Shown here in pieces: positions 63,943 through 64,000 of a stretch of DNA of 64,000 nt. The notes below the pieces were generated by a model. That model worked only from the letters and a program-made list of their open reading frames with translations. It was not told the origin of the DNA and searched no databases. The first letter of the stretch is position 1. Each line of letters starts with the position of its first letter. Origin of the DNA: an uncultured Gemmatimonadaceae bacterium (GTDB taxonomy: Bacteria > Gemmatimonadota > Gemmatimonadetes > Gemmatimonadales > Gemmatimonadaceae); NCBI GenBank assembly GCA_963822945.1, contig CAWGJO010000012.1, forward strand, positions 1 to 64,000, in the 5' to 3' direction. Position numbers and translations under genes: made by a program.

Positions 63943-64000
63943 GCCGTCGCCGTCGCCTCTTCGCGCGCCGGAGCGCGCTCGAAGGCCAGGGTGTCACCCG
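63939..64000 (-). CDS. 3' end of an upstream CDS, product unknown
   Basis: Frame ...GDTLAFERAPAREEATATA* ends in a GTGA overlap with the tadA start. Confidence 0.4.
   Translation of the reverse strand, partial: GDTLAFERAPAREEATATA

Overview
High-GC bacterial core-genome window. Gene order and rRNA style suggest Gemmatimonadota; this is an inference with no database search run. Most genes are on the minus strand. It contains the 5' part of an rRNA operon (partial 23S, complete 16S, tRNA-free spacer) and six tRNAs (Lys, Arg, Pro, Sec, Ser x2). Housekeeping blocks are rdgB-rph, lptE/lpxH/murI, ridA-selD-selC, secDF, rimP-nusA-infB-rbfA-truB-ribF, murA, gatCAB, uvrD, serS, CIRCE-controlled groESL, mutL-miaA-bshA-birA-coaX, a moxR/Bat (VWA) operon, scpAB-rluB, rpsT, pyrRBC and tadA. 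I see no CRISPR array, prophage, integrase or transposase. Six single-base frameshifts in infB, groEL, batA and a site-2 protease look like long-read indel errors. No large novel system is evident. The best leads are: (i) an intact but catalytically dead, sensor-less histidine pseudokinase coupled between serS and uvrD; (ii) a roadblock/LC7 + single-domain receiver + sugar-nucleotidyltransferase operon behind a palindromic site; (iii) a recurrent TTGACN-N17/18-TAGCTT promoter consensus, with stop codons reused as -35 boxes and several apparently leaderless mRNAs; (iv) a ridA-selD-tRNA-Sec unit; (v) a possible LolB-like lipoprotein beside lptE.
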